Origin: a virus
DNA length: 18,062 nucleotides
UHGV virus genome: UHGV-0041835
Direction: 5' to 3' (one strand)
Shown here: positions 15,734-18,062 of the stretch, in pieces
Layout of the letters: each line of letters begins with the position of its first letter
Position numbering within the stretch: the first letter of the stretch is position 1
Notes under the pieces: generated by a model
The model's input: the letters and a program-made list of their open reading frames with translations, nothing else
Told to the model about the DNA's origin: nothing
Database searches by the model: none
Program-made: the position numbers and the translations under genes

Positions 15734-15955
15734 ATGGCAGACATCATTGATTCAGCATCAGAAATAGAAGAATTACAGCGCAACACAGCAATAAAAATGC
15801 GCCGCCTGAACTACCTGGCTGTATCTGCCACTCATTGTTGTGAGTGTGGCGATCCGATAGATGAACGAAGACGCCTGGCCGTTCAGGGTTGTCGGACTTG
15901 CGCCAGTTGCCAGCAAGATCTGGAGCTTATCCGCAAACAAAGGGGGATTAAGTGA
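15734..15955 (+). CDS. TraR/DksA-family C4 zinc-finger protein
   Basis: 73 aa with CxxC-(17)-CxxC (CCECGDPIDERRRLAVQGCRTCASC), typical of phage TraR/DksA-like proteins. Confidence 0.7.
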   Translation: MADIIDSASEIEELQRNTAIKMRRLNYLAVSATHCCECGDPIDERRRLAVQGCRTCASCQQDLELIRKQRGIK

Positions 15956-16281
15956 TGGCTAACCTGCAACTTGCTGTTAAAAGTGAATACTTCGATGCCA
16001 TGATTCGCGGAGAGAAAACGGAAGAGTATCGCCTGTGTAATGACTACTGGAATAAGCGAATTATGTTCCGGGAATATGACCGCCTGATTATCACAAAGGG
16101 ATATCCGAAGCGCGACGATTCCAGTCGCAGAATTGATGTTCCGTATGACGGATATGAAGTGAAGACAATCACACATCCGCACTTTGGCGATAAACCGGTA
16201 AAGGTGTTCGCTATAAAGGTGAATATCAGCACTGAATATCAATCCGCACAACACAAGGTCAAGAATGTTCAGAGTGATTGA
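15955..16281 (+). CDS. Hypothetical protein, possibly ASCH/DUF3850-like
   Basis: 108 aa from MANLQLAVKSEYFDAMIRGEKTEEYR.... The ATG overlaps the preceding stop (TGATG). Family call is weak and from pattern only. Confidence 0.45.
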   Translation: MANLQLAVKSEYFDAMIRGEKTEEYRLCNDYWNKRIMFREYDRLIITKGYPKRDDSSRRIDVPYDGYEVKTITHPHFGDKPVKVFAIKVNISTEYQSAQHKVKNVQSD

Positions 16282-16504
16282 CCCTAACACCTGGTACGTC
16301 GACCACCACGGCACTCCCTGCAAAATCCTGCGTTCTACCCACAACAAAGTTCACTACATCCGAAAAGGCAGAACATGTATCGCCAGCATGTTCCGCTTTA
16401 ATCATGACTTTGAACCTGTGAATAAAGCTGATGCAGATCGGATAGCAGAAGAGATCGAAACGGCAGAACACATTAAGAAGTTACGTGACATGCGCAGGAA
16501 ATAG
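16265..16504 (+). CDS. Hypothetical small protein
   Basis: 79-aa ORF whose start overlaps the upstream gene's 3' end; sits in the xis-proximal accessory region. No family recognised. Confidence 0.45.
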   Translation: MFRVIDPNTWYVDHHGTPCKILRSTHNKVHYIRKGRTCIASMFRFNHDFEPVNKADADRIAEEIETAEHIKKLRDMRRK

Positions 16505-16643
16505 AAAAATTGATAAATTCAATACTGCATTTCTCAGCATTAAATTTATCTCTATGACCAGTCAAGAGATGTACCTGCCATGAGCTTAATATCATGTCAG
16601 ATATATCGGTCACAAACTCCCTCAGCAGCTAAGAGGAGGACAA

Positions 16644-16880
16644 ATGTCTCGACTAATCACTTTACAGGACTGGGCTAAAGAAGAATTTGGGGACTTAGCA
16701 CCAAGTGAGCGAGTTCTGAAAAAATACGCGCAAGGGAAAATGATGGCCCCACCCGCTATAAAAGTTGGTCGCTACTGGATGATTGACCGAAATTCCCGTT
16801 TTGTAGGAACGCTTGCAGAACCGCAACTCCCAATAAACGCAAACCCAAAACTCCAAAGGATAATCGCTGATGGCTGCTAG
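16644..16880 (+). CDS. xis: Excisionase (Xis)-like protein
   Basis: 78 aa, MSRLITLQDWAKEEFGDLAPSERVLKKYAQGKMMAPPAIKVGRYWMIDRNSRFVG. The pattern LTLQ(D/E)W...PP(A/V)(I/V)K.GR resembles lambda Xis. AGGAGG lies 6 nt upstream, and the 3' end overlaps the int start. Confidence 0.7.
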   Translation: MSRLITLQDWAKEEFGDLAPSERVLKKYAQGKMMAPPAIKVGRYWMIDRNSRFVGTLAEPQLPINANPKLQRIIADGC

Positions 16881-18012
16881 ACCCCGATCTCACAAAATCT
16901 CTATACCCAATTTATATTGCAAATTAGATAAGCGAACCGGAAAGGTATATTGGCAATACAAACATCCACTATCCGGTCGTTTTCATAGCTTAGGAACTGA
17001 TGAGAATGAAGCAAAACAAGTTGCTACTGAAGCAAATACCATTATTGCTGAACAACGTACCAGACAAATATTAAGCGTCAATGAGCGTCTGGAAAGAATG
17101 AAAGGCAGGCGCTCAGACATTACGGTGACAGAATGGCTTGATAAATATATTTCTATCCAAGAGGACAGGCTGCAACATAATGAACTAAGACCCAACTCCT
17201 ATCGGCAAAAAGGCAAACCCATTCGTCTTTTCCGTGAGCATTGTGGAATGCAACACCTCAAGGATATTACCGCACTTGATATTGCCGAAATAATTGATGC
17301 TGTAAAGGCTGAAGGTCATAACAGGATGGCGCAAGTCGTGAGAATGGTGTTGATCGACGTCTTCAAAGAAGCACAACACGCAGGACATGTTCCGCCAGGA
17401 TTTAACCCAGCGCAGGCAACAAAACAACCGCGAAATCGAGTAAACCGCCAAAGATTGTCACTGCCCGAATGGCAGGCAATATTTGACAGCGTAAGCAGAC
17501 GGCAGCCCTATTTAAAATGCGGCATGCTACTTGCTCTTGTTACTGGACAACGTTTAGGCGATATCTGCAATTTGAAATTCTCTGATATATGGGACGACAT
17601 GTTGCACATTACTCAGGAAAAAACCGGTTCAAAACTTGCTATTCCGCTTAACCTGAAATGCGATGCTCTGAATATTACCCTTCGTGAAGTTATATCTCAG
17701 TGCAGGGATGCTGTTGTTAGTAAATATCTGGTCCATTACCGTCACACTACCTCTCAAGCAAACAGAGGAGACCAGGTTTCTGCGAATACTCTGACAACGG
17801 CTTTTAAAAAGGCCCGGGAAAAATGTGGCATAAAATGGGAGCAAGGAACTGCGCCCACATTTCATGAGCAGCGATCTCTGTCAGAACGGTTATATCGGGA
17901 ACAGGGTCTGGATACGCAAAAGTTGTTAGGCCATAAATCCAGAAAAATGACCGACCGATACAATGATGATCGTGGTAAAGACTGGATTATCGTAGATATC
18001 AAAACAGCATAG
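16870..18012 (+). CDS. int: Tyrosine integrase (lambda Int family)
   Basis: 380 aa. The C-terminal catalytic region has R...HxxR...Y motifs (TFHEQRSLSERLY...LLGHKSRKMTDRYNDDRGKDW) aligning with lambda Int as recalled; the N-terminus is arm-binding-like. Confidence 0.9.
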   Translation: MAARPRSHKISIPNLYCKLDKRTGKVYWQYKHPLSGRFHSLGTDENEAKQVATEANTIIAEQRTRQILSVNERLERMKGRRSDITVTEWLDKYISIQEDRLQHNELRPNSYRQKGKPIRLFREHCGMQHLKDITALDIAEIIDAVKAEGHNRMAQVVRMVLIDVFKEAQHAGHVPPGFNPAQATKQPRNRVNRQRLSLPEWQAIFDSVSRRQPYLKCGMLLALVTGQRLGDICNLKFSDIWDDMLHITQEKTGSKLAIPLNLKCDALNITLREVISQCRDAVVSKYLVHYRHTTSQANRGDQVSANTLTTAFKKAREKCGIKWEQGTAPTFHEQRSLSERLYREQGLDTQKLLGHKSRKMTDRYNDDRGKDWIIVDIKTA

Positions 18013-18022
18013 AAAATAGCCA

Positions 18023-18058
18023 GTTTTGGGGAAGGGTTTTGGGGAAAGTTTTGGGGAA
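18023..18058. repeat. Three tandem direct repeats of GTTTTGGGGAA immediately 3' of int
   Basis: gttttggggaa at 18023-18033, 18036-18046 and 18048-18058. The window ends at 18062, so the array may continue. Confidence 0.6.
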
Positions 18059-18062
18059 GATT

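Larger units (their letters stand above)
1..18062. mobile_element. Lambdoid prophage segment (late lysis genes through int), mosaic of lambda-, 21- and DLP12-like modules
   Basis: Contiguous, syntenic set of recognisable lambda-family genes (Rz, R, S, Q, nin, P, O, cII, cro, cI, N, red, xis, int) with lambda-like gene order and strand logic. Inference from the translations. Confidence 0.9.

Noticed and set aside
15883-16347. 154-aa minus-strand ORF antisense to the TraR-like and ASCH-like genes
   Set aside because: Antisense to two plus-strand genes with consistent coupling, in an operon otherwise entirely on the plus strand; low-complexity translation.
16983-17865. Minus-strand ORFs inside int (16983-17195, 17185-17451, 17629-17865)
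   Set aside because: Antisense to the integrase gene, which has a conserved catalytic motif set.
1-18062. CRISPR arrays, tRNA or rRNA genes, IS elements or transposases
   Set aside because: No regularly spaced repeat-spacer array, no cloverleaf-like tRNA candidates, no rRNA-like segments and no transposase-like ORF or terminal inverted repeats were seen. The only repeat families are the ori iterons, the operator motifs and the three repeats after int.

Overview
The window is about 18 kb of a lambdoid (lambda/21/DLP12-like) prophage, read in the inverted orientation relative to the standard lambda map. From left to right it contains: the lysis cassette (Rz/Rz1, SAR-type endolysin, dual-start pinholin; minus strand), an oppositely oriented outer-membrane porin moron (NmpC/Lc-like), Q, the nin region (ylcG, rusA, NinX-like, ninE, a Dam-like adenine methyltransferase, ninB), ren-P-O with the iteron origin inside O, cII, cro, a divergent immunity region with a hybrid cI, then a two-gene AT-rich cassette of unrecognised function in the position lambda uses for rexA/rexB, a 10-N assembly gap, PL/nutL, N, sieB (opposite strand), orf28-ral-ea10-cIII-kil-gam-bet-exo, several small early-left ORFs, xis and int, ending in three tandem 11-bp repeats. 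No rRNA, tRNA, CRISPR array or transposase was found. The best candidate for an undescribed system is the cI-linked two-gene cassette at 9191-10497. All identifications are from reading the translations and DNA by eye against remembered lambda-family proteins; no database search was run.
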